In this document: positions 21,792 to 33,300 of the stretch, piece by piece
Position numbering within the stretch: position 1 is the first letter of the stretch
How the letters are laid out: every line of letters starts with the position of its first letter
Origin: Takakia lepidozioides
Lineage: Eukaryota; Plantae; Bryophyta
Assembly: GCA_030704615.1 (NCBI GenBank)
Contig: CM060733.1
Coordinates: 76,384,001-76,448,000 of the forward strand
DNA length: 64,000 bases
Reading direction: 5' to 3'
Program-made: the position numbers and the translations under genes
Notes under the pieces: generated by a model
What the model saw: only the letters and a program-made list of their open reading frames with translations
Told to the model about the DNA's origin: nothing
The model's database searches: none

Positions 21792-24688
21792 CTATCCCAA
21801 GCAGTGTGGACACAACCAATCTCCATCAGGAACCTTCTCAAGAGGTGGTGTCAAGCATCCCATATGCCAACCCCTTGAGCATCGATCACACACCAACATG
21901 GTGGCTGCCCCTTTGGCAGACCCACAGAGCATGCACCTCAAACCTGCAGGTACCACTGCCAAGTTTGGGTCAACTTTGCCATCGACATTGGGAAGGTGAC
22001 ATGGCGCACAATTACGCACATGGTCTTTCCAAGTCATGCCATCCCGACCCTCTAAGATCAGGACCCCTGAGGGCAACACCTCTCGAACCCTCAGAATAAC
22101 ATGCCCTGTAGTAACATCCAAAGTCGTAGGAGCAGTCTGCTGCAAATAAACATAGTCACCAGGGCTAAACCTTCGAACCCCATGACGATATCCTCCTCCA
22201 CGTATAGTGGCATACCTCAACGTATCACGGTGTTGTGCAATGGCAAGGTTCTCAAAAGCCATGGGCATGACTTTCTTGAACAACTCTGCACGCTTATCAC
22301 ATGCACATACCCACACGTCCGGATCATCAAGGTTAAGGACTTGAGCAGTGTCCCTACGAATGGTTGCAGACAAATCCGGCTCTCGGCCAAAAAGAAGGAA
22401 ATATGGTGAGAAGGAGGCAAGTGATGCTTGTTTGCTGAACCTGTGGCCCATGGCTAACCAAGGAACCTGAAGATCCCAATCTCCTAGGTGTCCCTTCTGC
22501 AAGCCATACTTGCGCAAACCCCTCTTCACCGTCTGAACAACTCTCTCTGCTAAGCCATCGGCCTCAGGATGATCCCGAGAAGTGGTGCGGTGGTCTATCA
22601 AGGCTTTATCACACAAAGCCCGAAACTCCCCCAAGAACTCTCTCCCTTGGTCCGTGAATACCTCAGCTGGAGCACCAAATCGGCTAAGCACACGATCCAA
22701 GAATGCATACGCAGCCCCCTCACTAGCCTTGTCAGGCAATGGAACCAACTCAATCCACTTGGAGAAGTGCTCCACCATCACCAACACATATCTGTGGTGG
22801 CGCATAGTCAGTGGCAACGGTCCTGCGAAGTCAAGACTCCACCTGTAGCCCAATCCCATGATTGGTAAATGATGCAACTGTGGTGTAGGGGCGTTGAATG
22901 AAGCACGCACCCTGTCACACACCATGCACCTAGCCACGAACTGTTGCACCTCTGTATGCATACCACGCCACCAATACTGCCCTTGCAATAAACTGTGAGT
23001 GCGTCGCACTCCAAAATGCTCCAACTCCTCATGGGCATGCCGCACTAACCGTGCACGCTGTGTGGGGTGAGGCACAATCCTCACCCGACCATCCTCCCAC
23101 ACTCGAAGTAGGTGTATCCCCTTCCACTTGAACCTCTTGGCTCGTTGCAGGATCCGATCCCTCTCCCTGGCAGTCACAGTGGTTGTCGTGTCTCCCGTGC
23201 GGAGGTAGTCCAACACAGCCAAATCCTCATGTATATCTCTGGCACCACCTGGCTCATCACTAGCCTCAGGGTCCTCAGACACTCCGTCTACAGTCATCCC
23301 TGTTGTAGGTCCAACCTGACCTCCCGATGCCAAGATACACAAAAATGCAGATGCGTGCCATCCCGGCACCATCTCCTCGTCCGTCTCACCATGCCACCGA
23401 GCTCCTGTGTCATCCTGCTGGCTCATGCATGGATTGCGACTCAATCCATCCGCATCCCGATTGACCAAACCTGGTCGATGCACAACCTGAAAGTCATACT
23501 CCTGGAGTATGAGTGCCCACCGTGCAAGCTTCCCCGTAAGCTTGTCTGACTCCATCAACCACTTGAGTGGCTGGTGATCCGTGACAAGGGTGAAAAGATT
23601 GTCGTATAGATAGCACCTGAAGTGTGCCACGGCCCACACTGCAGCTAAGCGCTCTCCCTCATATGAGCTGTACTTAGCCTCTACAGCGTTGTTCGAGCGG
23701 CTAGCATAAGCCACTACGAACTCTCTTCCCTCATCATCCACCTGTGTGAGCACCGCTCCAAGCCCCAACATGCTCCAATCCGTATGCAGCTGAAAGGGAC
23801 GCCCCCTGATAGGTCGTCTCAGGATAGGCGCCGAGGTCAACCTCGCCTTGAGCTCTTGAAAAGCTCGTTCCTGCTCATCTTCCCACTGCCACTCCTGGTC
23901 CACCTTGGTCAGCTTGGTTAGAGCCTTTGCAATGGTACTAAATCCCTTGACAAACCGTCTATAATAGTTTGCCAACCCCATGAAAGCTCGAACTCGGCTC
24001 ACATCCGTGGGGCGTGGAATTTGTGCAATGGCCTCTACCTTAGTCTGCTGTACCCCCAATCCTCCAGGATATATCATGTGACCCAGATACTCAATCTGGT
24101 TGTGGAAAACTTGCACTTCCCCGGATGCAACTTCAATCCGTGCGCTCTCAAGCGCTCCAATACCACCTGAAGGTGTCTCTCATGCTCCTCCATCGTAACA
24201 CTAAAGATGATGATGTCATCTATGTAGCACCGAACAAAGTCCACCCCTGCCAGAATCCTATCCATGACTCTCTGAAACTCTGCAGGAGCATTCTTAAGCC
24301 CAAATGGTAAGAACCGCCACTGATATAGCAATCCTTGCCGTGCTCATTGATCCCCCAGAATGCCGTCTTCTGCTTGTCCGCCTCCTTGATTGGCAACTGG
24401 TGATATCCGGATCGTAAATCCAAAGTGCTAAAGGCCTTAGCATGCCCGATGGCATCAAAGATCTCCTCTGGTGTTGGCATGGCATACTTATCGGACTTGG
24501 TCTGACGATTTACAGGCCGGTAATCACCGCACATACGTCTCTCCGTCCAATCGCCATAGACATCCTTCTTGGCTGGCATCACTGTGGCTGAAGCATACCA
24601 CCAGAGAGCTCCACCAAGCCTGCCTCCCAGAGATCTTGAGTCCTCATCTGAATCAAAGACCTCTCCATGTCACTGTATCTATAGGGTC
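21792..24688 (-). CDS. Gypsy pol: RT - RNase H - integrase - PHD finger (frameshifts in RT; 774 aa open)
   Basis: LDLRSGYHQ, PFGLKNAP, YIDD, TDWS, TDHQPL, H..H..C..C, DFAGP, TDQG, GLAER; C-terminal CMLC...CDRC...WHMGC...WLCPHC (C4HC3). Confidence 0.93.
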
Positions 24689-24689
24689 A

Positions 24690-25555
24690 GCACGGCTTGT
24701 CACAGCCCCTCACAGCCCCTCACAGCCCCACAGGCCACCGGGCACAGCCTGTCACAGCCCCGCACAGCCCCTCACAGCCCCACAGGCCACTGGGCACAGC
24801 CCCTCACAGCCCATCACAGCTCGCCACAACCCCTCATAGCCCCAAAGGCCTCAGGCACGGCCTGACACAGCCCCTCACAGCCCCTCACAGCCCCAAAGGC
24901 CTCAGGTATGGCCTGTCACAGCCCGTCACAGCCCCAAAGGCCTTAGGCACTGCCTGTCACAGCCCCTCACAGCCCCACAGGCCTTAGGCACGGCCTGACA
25001 CAGCCCGTCACAGCCCGTCATAGCCCCAAAGGCCTCAGGCACGGCCTGTCACAGCCCCTCATAGCCCATCACAGCCCTAAAGGCCACAGGCACAGCCTAT
25101 CACAGCCCCAAAAGGCCACCGACACAGCCCCTCACAGCCCATCACAGCCCCCAAGGCCACCGGCGTAGCCTGTCACAGGCCCTCACAGCCCGTCACGACC
25201 CCAAAGGCCACCGGCGCAGCCCGGCATAGCCCCTCGCAGCCCGGCACAGCCCGTCACAGCCCTGAAGGCCACCGGCACAGCCCCTCACAGCCCCAAAGGC
25301 CTCAGGCACGGCCTGACACAGCCCCTCACAGCCCCTCACAGCCCCAAAGGCCTCAGGCACGGCCTGTCACAGCCCCTCACAGCCCATCACAGCCCCAAAG
25401 GCCATGGGCACAGCTTGTCACAGCCCCGCACAGCCCGTCACAGCTCACCACAGCCGCCTCACAGCCCCAAAGGCCTTAGGCACGGCCTGTCACAGCCCGT
25501 CACAGCCCGTCACAGCCCCCAAGGCCACAGGGACAGCCCATCGCAGCCCCATCCA
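24690..25555 (+). repeat. CACAGCCC-rich minisatellite
   Basis: Dozens of tcacagccc / aaggcc / ggcac units. Confidence 0.9.
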
Positions 25556-27069
25556 TGGCCGCTCTGGCAGTTTAGCCATTTCTCCAAGGGGTTTAGCCAC
25601 GCCAAGCTAGGGTTTGTGTCTCTTGGACTCTAGGCTTCTTTCCACCGAGCTATGGCGGCTGTGAGGAAATCAGCAAGGTATTCTTGCTCTTTTGGCTCCC
25701 ACATACCACCATAGTAGCCCTAAGCCATGAGGTGGTTGCCACAAACCAAGCCTTCTTTCTCACTTAGCCTCCCCAAACACGCCACTAAACTCAATGGCAA
25801 ACAACCAAGCCCTGCTAGTTCCCAGCCCTTGTGAGCACTCATTCAAGCACTCTCCTTGGCCATAGCAACTATCTTAGAGCCTATTCCAGCCCCCTACACC
25901 TGCTGCTTCAAGAGTTGCGCTCCCTTCAAGCTTGAAGTTGAAACCCCAACTCACATAGGCCCTACAAGTGCTTTTGTTTCACTCCAAGTGGAAACCAGCT
26001 CTAGACCTTCCGTTCTAGCTCTCTAAAGCTTGAAAACAAGAGCCTCAATGGGCTGAAGGCATGCTCCACACATGCCCCACTCTCACCATAAGAGAATCAG
26101 CTCCTTTGCTTCATTTCTAGCACCCACAAACCTGAAAATACAAGCTTCAGCAGACTGAAAGCATGCTCCACATGCCCTACAGGGAAACCAGCCCCTTCTT
26201 TCCTTTCTTGCACTCCCACACCTGAAAGTGCAAGCCTTCACCAGGCTGATAGCATGCTCCACACATGCATTGCCCTCACATAAGGGAAGTCAGCCCTTCC
26301 ATCTTCCTTGCTTGCCCTCCAAGCTTGAAGATGGAAGCTTCAATGAGCTGAATACATGCTCCACACATGCAACCTCTTCACACAAGAGATATCAGCCCCC
26401 TATCTTGGCTCCTTGGCTCCTTGATGCTCTCTAAGACAAGACTAAGCACTCCACAGCCTTTGCCAAGCTCCTGAAACCCTAAGGCTTACATTTCCAGCCA
26501 CAAGACACTTCTCTTGTGGTGCAAGAGCTCTTCTTCCAAGCTCTGAAACCCTAGGTGCACATTCCATGGCCTTGCCGCACCTCTTAGCTCCTGTTCCAGC
26601 CCTGCTCTTGCCATGACAAGAGCCCTTTCAATGCTGAAGCTCGAGATTGAAACCCAATCTCACCATACTCCACAAAGTGCACTGATTTGCCCCAAGCCAA
26701 ATCAGCCCTTTCGCTTGGTCTTGCAATCCTTCACACAATGAAAGCTCGCATTCCCAAGTCCAGTTCTCAGCTTTGCCACCAAAGCCACTATAACCTGCTC
26801 TTGACTAGTCCTCTTCCCAATCGTGCTTGCTCATGCATGTACACAATCTGAAACCATCAAGGTGCTCTGGAATTACCTGCAACATGGTGCTTTCATCTCT
26901 GAAGCTGAAGATCGAATGCCAAGGTCTACCACCTCGTAACCCACATCGCCTCCGCTTCTAACAACCAAGAGCTCCACGGTGCTCCTTGCATAACAACTTG
27001 GTTTCTCTCATTCTCAAGCAAAAACCACAAGTGCTACAACTAACTCGTATCTGGCACTCACAGATACGA

Positions 27070-27085
27070 GCTCATCTTTCTCGAG
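27070..27085 (-). promoter_or_regulatory. Primer-binding-site position; complementary to the LTR's own sequence
   Basis: gctcatctttctcgag is the reverse complement of 21180-21195 (16/16) and 27241-27256 (15/16). Confidence 0.65.
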
Positions 27086-27402
27086 TGATAAAGAAGAAGA
27101 ATACAAGCACGAGCTCACAAATCTGAAGCATAAACTCATGCATATATAACCTCATCACTCAAATACAAGTCAAGCCAAGTGCACCCCACGCCATGGGGAA
27201 TCCACACTACGGCGCCATAGCTAGGCGCGGTGAGGCTCAACTCAAGAAAGATGAGCCTTCCTCGCTTGCCGTGAAAATAACCACTCCAGGGCCTAAATCT
27301 GCCTTGACCCCTGGATTGACACTTGGGCCAATCCCAAATGTCAATATGTAAAAGCTAGCTATTTCCTAGCTAGTTTCACACTAGTGGTAAAATAACTTGA
27401 CA
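27086..27402 (-). repeat. LTR segment B, 5' copy (317 bp)
   Basis: About 3 mismatches to 21025-21341. Confidence 0.92.
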
Positions 27403-27435
27403 CCCGCACCAACTCCCAAAACAGACCCGACCTTG

Positions 27436-27826
27436 AGTCCGATAAGTATGTCATGCCAACACCAGAGGAAATCTTTGATGCCATCGGACATGCTAAGGTT
27501 TTTAGTACTTTGGATTTACGATCCGGATATCACCAGTTGCCGATCAAGAAGGCGGACAAGCAGAAGACGGCATTCTAGGGGATCAATGAGCATGACAAGG
27601 ATTGCCTATATCAGTGGCGATTCTTACCATTTGGGCTTAAGAACGCTCCTGCAGAATTTCAGAGAGACATGGATAGGATTCTAGCAGGGGCGGACTTTGC
27701 TCGGTGCTACATAGATGACATCATCATCTTTAGTGCTACAGTGGAGGAGCATGAGAGACACCTTCAGGTGGTATCGGAGCGCTTGAGAGCGCACGGATTG
27801 AAGTTGCATCCGGGGAAGTGCAAGTT
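27436..27826 (+). pseudogene. Inverted Gypsy RT core fragment
   Basis: SDKYVMPTPEEIFD...LDLRSGYHQ...YIDD...HPGKCK, with one internal stop. Confidence 0.88.
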
Positions 27827-27944
27827 GTTAGAGGGCTGCTTGGGACTTTAACGCTTTTACGGGTTCTGTGGGGTACCCTTAATTTTTACACAGACTGAGA
27901 CCAACAGGAGCCTTAAGGGTTATAGCAGCGGGCTTTAGGCAGGG

Positions 27945-28300
27945 GTTACACAGCCGACACAACCAGTCACAGCCCGCCACAGATTCGCACAGCCGACACA
28001 GCTCGACACAGTCAGTCACAGCCCGCCACAGCTTCACACAGCCCGTCACATCCAACACAGCCCGATACAGCCCGACACAGCCCGTCACAGCCAACACAGC
28101 CCGATACAGCCCGACACAGCCAACACAACCAGTCACAGCCGCCACAGCCCGTCACAGCCAGCCATAGCCCGACACAGCCTTACACAGCCAGTCACAACTC
28201 GGCACAACTTGACACAGCCTGTCACAGTACATGGGGAATAGTTACCATTGGTAGGGAACGACTGTGAGGGAACGACATTGCAGAAGGAACGTGTTACTTT
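27945..28300 (+). repeat. ACAGCC-rich minisatellite plus conserved block (homologous to 19260-19500)
   Basis: Direct inspection. Confidence 0.75.
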
Positions 28301-28514
28301 AGGGATGACGGTTAATTAGTTAGGTGGTTAGAACAGCTTGCAGGCAGATAAGGGGAGCGACAACGGAGGAGAGGGGGACACTTCTTGGAGCACTTCTTGG
28401 TCATGGAGGAGAGGAGATCAGGCGGAGAGCAAGAACGAGAGCACGGAGAAGGAGGAGAGATGTACAGTAGATGTTTGTTTCCGTTGAGTACCATCACGTA
28501 GCTACACATCCGTG

Positions 28515-30010
28515 CTTGCGGCACCGCATTTCCGTTCCACCTTCACATAGCTTAGTTGTTGAACGGAAATACGGTGCCGCATTTCCGTCCCACAGCTCCA
28601 TGTATGAGATACAAAAGGGAAATGCGGCGCCGCATTTCCGTTCAGGAATGTCGAAACGTGCGATCCGGACGGAAATGCGGCACAGAATTTCAGTTCCCGT
28701 GGTTCATGATTTTCAATCTGAACGGAAATGCGGTACCGCATTTCCGTTCCCCCTTCACATACCTTAGTTGATGAACGGAAATGTCGTGCCACATTTCCGT
28801 TCGGGAAAGTATAGAGGTCTCACCTGAACGGAAATGCGGTGCCGCATTTCCGGTCTGGAAAGTTTGAAGGTCTCACATGGATGGAAATGCTGCACCGCAT
28901 TTCCGTCTCACAACTACAGGCCTCATATACAAAACGGAAATGCGGCGCCGCATTTCCGTTCTAGAATGTCGGAAGTTGCGACGCATTTCTGTTCCCGCTG
29001 TTGACGATTTTCAGTCAGAACGGAAATGCGGTACCGCATTTCCGTTCTGTAGAGTACTCACGTTTGACCCTGGCGGAAATGCGGTGCCGCATTTTCGTTC
29101 CAAAGCTCTATGCCGCACATACAAAACGGAAATGCGGCGCCGCATTTCCGTTTTGGAATGTCGGAAGGTGCGACTCCGACGGAAATGTTGTACCGCATTT
29201 CAGTTCCGATGTTTCACAATTTTTCATAAGAACGGAAATGTGGTGCCGCATTTCCGTTCTGGAGAGTATGAAGGTCTCACCCGGGCGGAAATGCGGTGCT
29301 GCATTTCCGTTCAAACTTGTGAGGGAGGTGCGATTCGGATGGAAATGCGCTGCCGCATTTCAGTTCTGATGGTTCACGATTTACAGTCAGAACGGAAATG
29401 CGGTACCGGATTTCCGTTGTGGATAGTATGAATGTCTGAAGCGGTCGGAATTGCGCTGTCTCAAGCGATCGGAATTGCACTCTTCTCCATGCATCAGATT
29501 CAAAACGGAAATGCGGCGCCGCATTTCCGTTCTGGAATGTCGGAAAGTGCCACTCGGACGGAAATGCGGTGCCGCATTTCTGTTCCCGTTCTTCATAATT
29601 CTCAATCAGAACGGAGATGCGGTACCGCATTTCCGTTATGCAGAGTATGAAGGTCTCACCCGGGCGGAAATTTGTTGCCGCATTTCCGTTCTGGAGTGTC
29701 GGAAAGTGCGACTCGGACGGAAATGCGGCGCCGCATTTCCGTTCTGGAATGTCGGAAAATGCGACTGGGACGGAAATGCACTGCCGCATTTCTATTCCCT
29801 TTGTTCATGATTCTCAATCAGAACGGAAATGCGGTACCGCATTTCCGTTCCACCTTCACATACCGTGCTTGCTGGATGGAAATGCGTTACCGCATTTCCG
29901 TTCTGGAGAGTGTAAAGGTTTATGCTGGACGGAAACTCGGTGCCGCATTTCCGTCGCTCTGGTGCATGACCAAGATGCAATACGGAAATGCGGCGCCGTA
30001 TTTCCGTCCA
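28515..30010. repeat. Array of about 28 copies of palindrome CGGAAATGCGGYRCCGCATTTCCG with 29-bp spacers (53-bp period)
   Basis: Repeat starts at 29506, 29559, 29612, 29665, 29718, 29771, 29824, 29877, 29930 and 29983. Confidence 0.95.
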
Positions 30011-30396
30011 GCAGCAATCGAAAGAATCACTCCGGAAGGAAATCTGAAACCTGACAGAATTGCGGCCAGTCTTGATGAGCACAACTAGGTTGTCTGACCG
30101 TTTTAACTAAGAGTCCTGGCAGTTGTCAGTGCGAACGCTCCTGTCCGTACCGAGAATACTGTTGGATCCACCCTCAGGAGAAACTGTCAGGGGATGTTAT
30201 TTCGTCGCCGAATCGGCCATCATTGTCTAACTTACTGGCTATGGAATCACACCTCCCACCTTCATGCATGTAGCTTGAAACTATACTTTCCACTTCATGT
30301 GCGACTTCCAATCGTCGATGGACTCCGCATGGTGCCTGTGAGCCTTCGTTTGTCGCTATACTGAACCTCGCACTTGCCAACTTCGTGCGGTGTTCG

Positions 30397-33300
30397 ATGG
30401 CTCCGAATTCCTACGCTATAGTTTGCTGTCCTCCGCAACTTGGGAGAGCCTGGATCCCAAACGAGGGAGGACTTTGCAGAGTGACGGAAACTTACCTTTG
30501 TTCTAAATTCAAGCTCAAACCGGGCACAGTTTACTTGGAAGAAGAAAGGAAGGATGTTCCTGGACAGGTTGACGAGACCATTGTCGTGCTAGGTAACGAC
30601 GGAGGTTGCGGAATCGAATGGCACGTACCCCCATCAGACACCATCCTATACCGAGCTGTGGGAATGCCCATTCCCTTTCCGAATCAGTCGCTGCCCACAC
30701 CATCCACAAAGGAGTCCGGAAACCGACAGGCGGCCACTGCCAACAGAGAGGTATGCAACGATAATCATTCACGACCTGGACCGTCAAGACCCTCCATAGC
30801 TTCTCGTGTGGACGTATTCGACATTTCCGACGATGAAGATGAGTGCATTGAGGTCCCCATGTCCTCCACACGGTCGTTCAAATCCAACATGGACGTCTCT
30901 GCAGGTGCTACGCATGTACTCTCGAGCATAACTCCAACCCGGTCCATTGTGCAGCTCCTACGGCAACATCACCTCGATGGTTCTCGCTCCGAGCTGGCTG
31001 CTCTCGACTATGCCAAATTTCCGGTCAGGAAGGTAACATATCTGCCTCCCGAAGTCAATGGCAATGTCATCTTCGAGTTTCCACCTGTCACTTCCTCAAA
31101 CAAAGCCTCAGGGATGTTAACAGACATGGATCGAAAGCATGACGGACACCCCTGGTGTGTGACGAAGACCAGTAGCACGAAAATTGCTGATGGTGTTCGT
31201 GTACGATACGTCCTCTGTGCGGGGAAGCTGAGGTGCCTGAATCCCGCCTACTTCCACTTTCTTTCCAAAGGAGGGCGTGGAAACGAGACGGATTGGACTG
31301 GCACAACGCATCATCCATTCATTGTCTCCAGCCAAGCTCCTGCGGGTACTTTCAAGTGCGCCCATTGCAAAGAACCACCGACGTGCATGTCCATGTGCAG
31401 AGCCAAGCAATATTACGTTATCCATTTGCTCCCGGACTTGACTAGAGCTTGCATACACGTTGGGGTCCACTGCCACCCCTTGGCGAGAGGCAACATGCGT
31501 GAGGCTGTGCAGGAAGCACACGACATCATAAAAGAGGAGGTGAAATTGAGCCCCGGAGCAAGACCAAAGCAGATTCAGCTGAAGGCAGCCCACAAGATTG
31601 CTCTTGGAAAAATCATGTCTGAAGATGGTTCAGACCGAGTGCCCTTGAACGAAAAGGAGATGCTTGACCTGTTGGAGTCCGTCTCGCACGTTTGTAGTCC
31701 GAATGTGCGGAATCACATCGTATCTTGCAAGCAGGAGTTAGGCCGGGGGTCGGACATGCACTCAATCCTGGAGGTGAAACGAATGACTGGATATGACTAC
31801 ATCCAAGGTAGCAGGTTTCCAGGGCAAGACAGCGAATCTGATCGTTGTTACATTTTTAAAATGTCGACGTGTGGGCCTGGGAGTGGAGTCGACTTGGTCA
31901 CTCGCATGACAACTGGAAACCTGTCGAATGCTTGGGTGATGTTTGATCACATCAAGCGAATTACAAACCATCAGTGGGTGACTATGGGTGCGCATGTTTA
32001 TGACTATCACTCCAAGAGGCTCATGACGATTGCAATCTGCGAGATGAAAGGGGAGGACACACAGTCGGAGATGCATCTGTGGGAGGGCATAAACGAGCAG
32101 ATGGCAAGGGCGGGATTGCCAGAGCCCAATTTCAGGGGATTCATGGCAGACAACGCTCAGGCCAACTGGGCAGCGGTGCGGTGTGTGTACGGTGAGGACC
32201 CCAATGTGCCAATGGAGGGGAAAGAGAGATCATGTGGATTCCATTGGATGCAGAGTCTGTCCCACTACACTACCAAATTTGTTGCTAGCTCATTCCAGGT
32301 TGAACACCGTGTCCTTTGTACAGCGTGGAAGGATGCACCCACATTTGATGACGTGGAGGTTAAGTTTGCTATCATCGAGGCTTGGTGGAACACGTCAGGT
32401 GCAGTGGAGACAACCAATCTGGGAGCCTTGCACAGCTGGTTGGGGTGGTGGCATTTCTGGTATCGACAGTTCGGACAGTACATGCGGGAGGTATGATGCT
32501 GTCATTTTCGTGCAATTCTCTTTCTATTACGGACTTTTCCATTGGTTCCTCACCATTGTCTGTGTCCTTGTAGGAGCGGTGCTTGGATTCCGACACGGAC
32601 ATGCCGAACACGAATATGGCAGAATCAGTGCACTCCTCCTGGCAAGCGTCTTCTGCCGCACATCTGGTGGACGTAGTGACGGCCACAACGGAGGACATCG
32701 ACAGAGCAATCATGCAGCAAGCCACGTACTACAAGTTCCTGAGCGGGAAACAATGGGGCTTTGGGCCGGACAAGGAGGAATTGTTGGTGCGAACAGCTTC
32801 GAGGTCGAAGAATCCACTGAAATGGGCGACAACATTGCGAGAGAAGATCAAAGGGACGCCTCTGCACCACAGAGGTGAACACCTAGAGGGGGACGTCCGT
32901 ACTCGCCTTGTGAGGCGGAGGATTGAAGAGGAACCCGGGTGCGAAGAGGATTCCTGGAGATCCAACAGGAACATTCGGACAGCACCTCGAGGGCCCGTCA
33001 TGTTGCCGCACAATGTGTCTTCCAGCAGTGGAAGCCCAAGAAATTCCAGATCGCCATCGCCTTCAAGTGGGGATTCCGTGCGAGAAATTCCCACCGTTCG
33101 CTTGCCCCAGATTCCGCCCCCTGTTATGCAGTATGGCCAAGCCATTGTGGAGACGACTGTGTCTGCGTCACAATGGAGAATTGCTCGCACAAAGCCGTCG
33201 TTTCGAGGTAGGTGTTCCGCAATTCGAGTGGATACACGGCAACGTTGTTTAGAGATGATAAGGAGGAATCCAGATGGTGTTGTCCCTGCTCCTACTTTTA

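Larger units (their letters stand above)
20836..27402 (-). mobile_element. Nested Gypsy LTR retrotransposon with permuted (split) LTR ends and 4-bp TSD CCCG; gag, protease and DNMT not recognisable
   Basis: Ends are TGTC...GACA. CCCG at 20832-20835 and 27403-27406. The interrupted DNMT frame is restored when the insert and one TSD are removed. Confidence 0.9.

Noticed and set aside
24471-25633. Pro/Ser/His-rich ORFs
   Set aside because: Minisatellite translation with no domain content.
20836-27402. DIRS/Ngaro/PAT tyrosine-recombinase retroelement (split direct repeats)
   Set aside because: It encodes a DDE integrase and has a PPT and a 4-bp TSD; no tyrosine recombinase motifs were seen.
28515-30010. 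True CRISPR array
   Set aside because: Spacers fall into a few recurring, mutually related classes, repeats are degenerate, no cas genes are present, and the context is a eukaryotic transposon. Reported as a palindrome array instead.
28471-30088. Many overlapping ORFs (RKCGAAFP / GNAAPHFR / EMRRRIS) here and at 46682-48362
   Set aside because: Translation artefacts of the palindromic repeat in all six frames.
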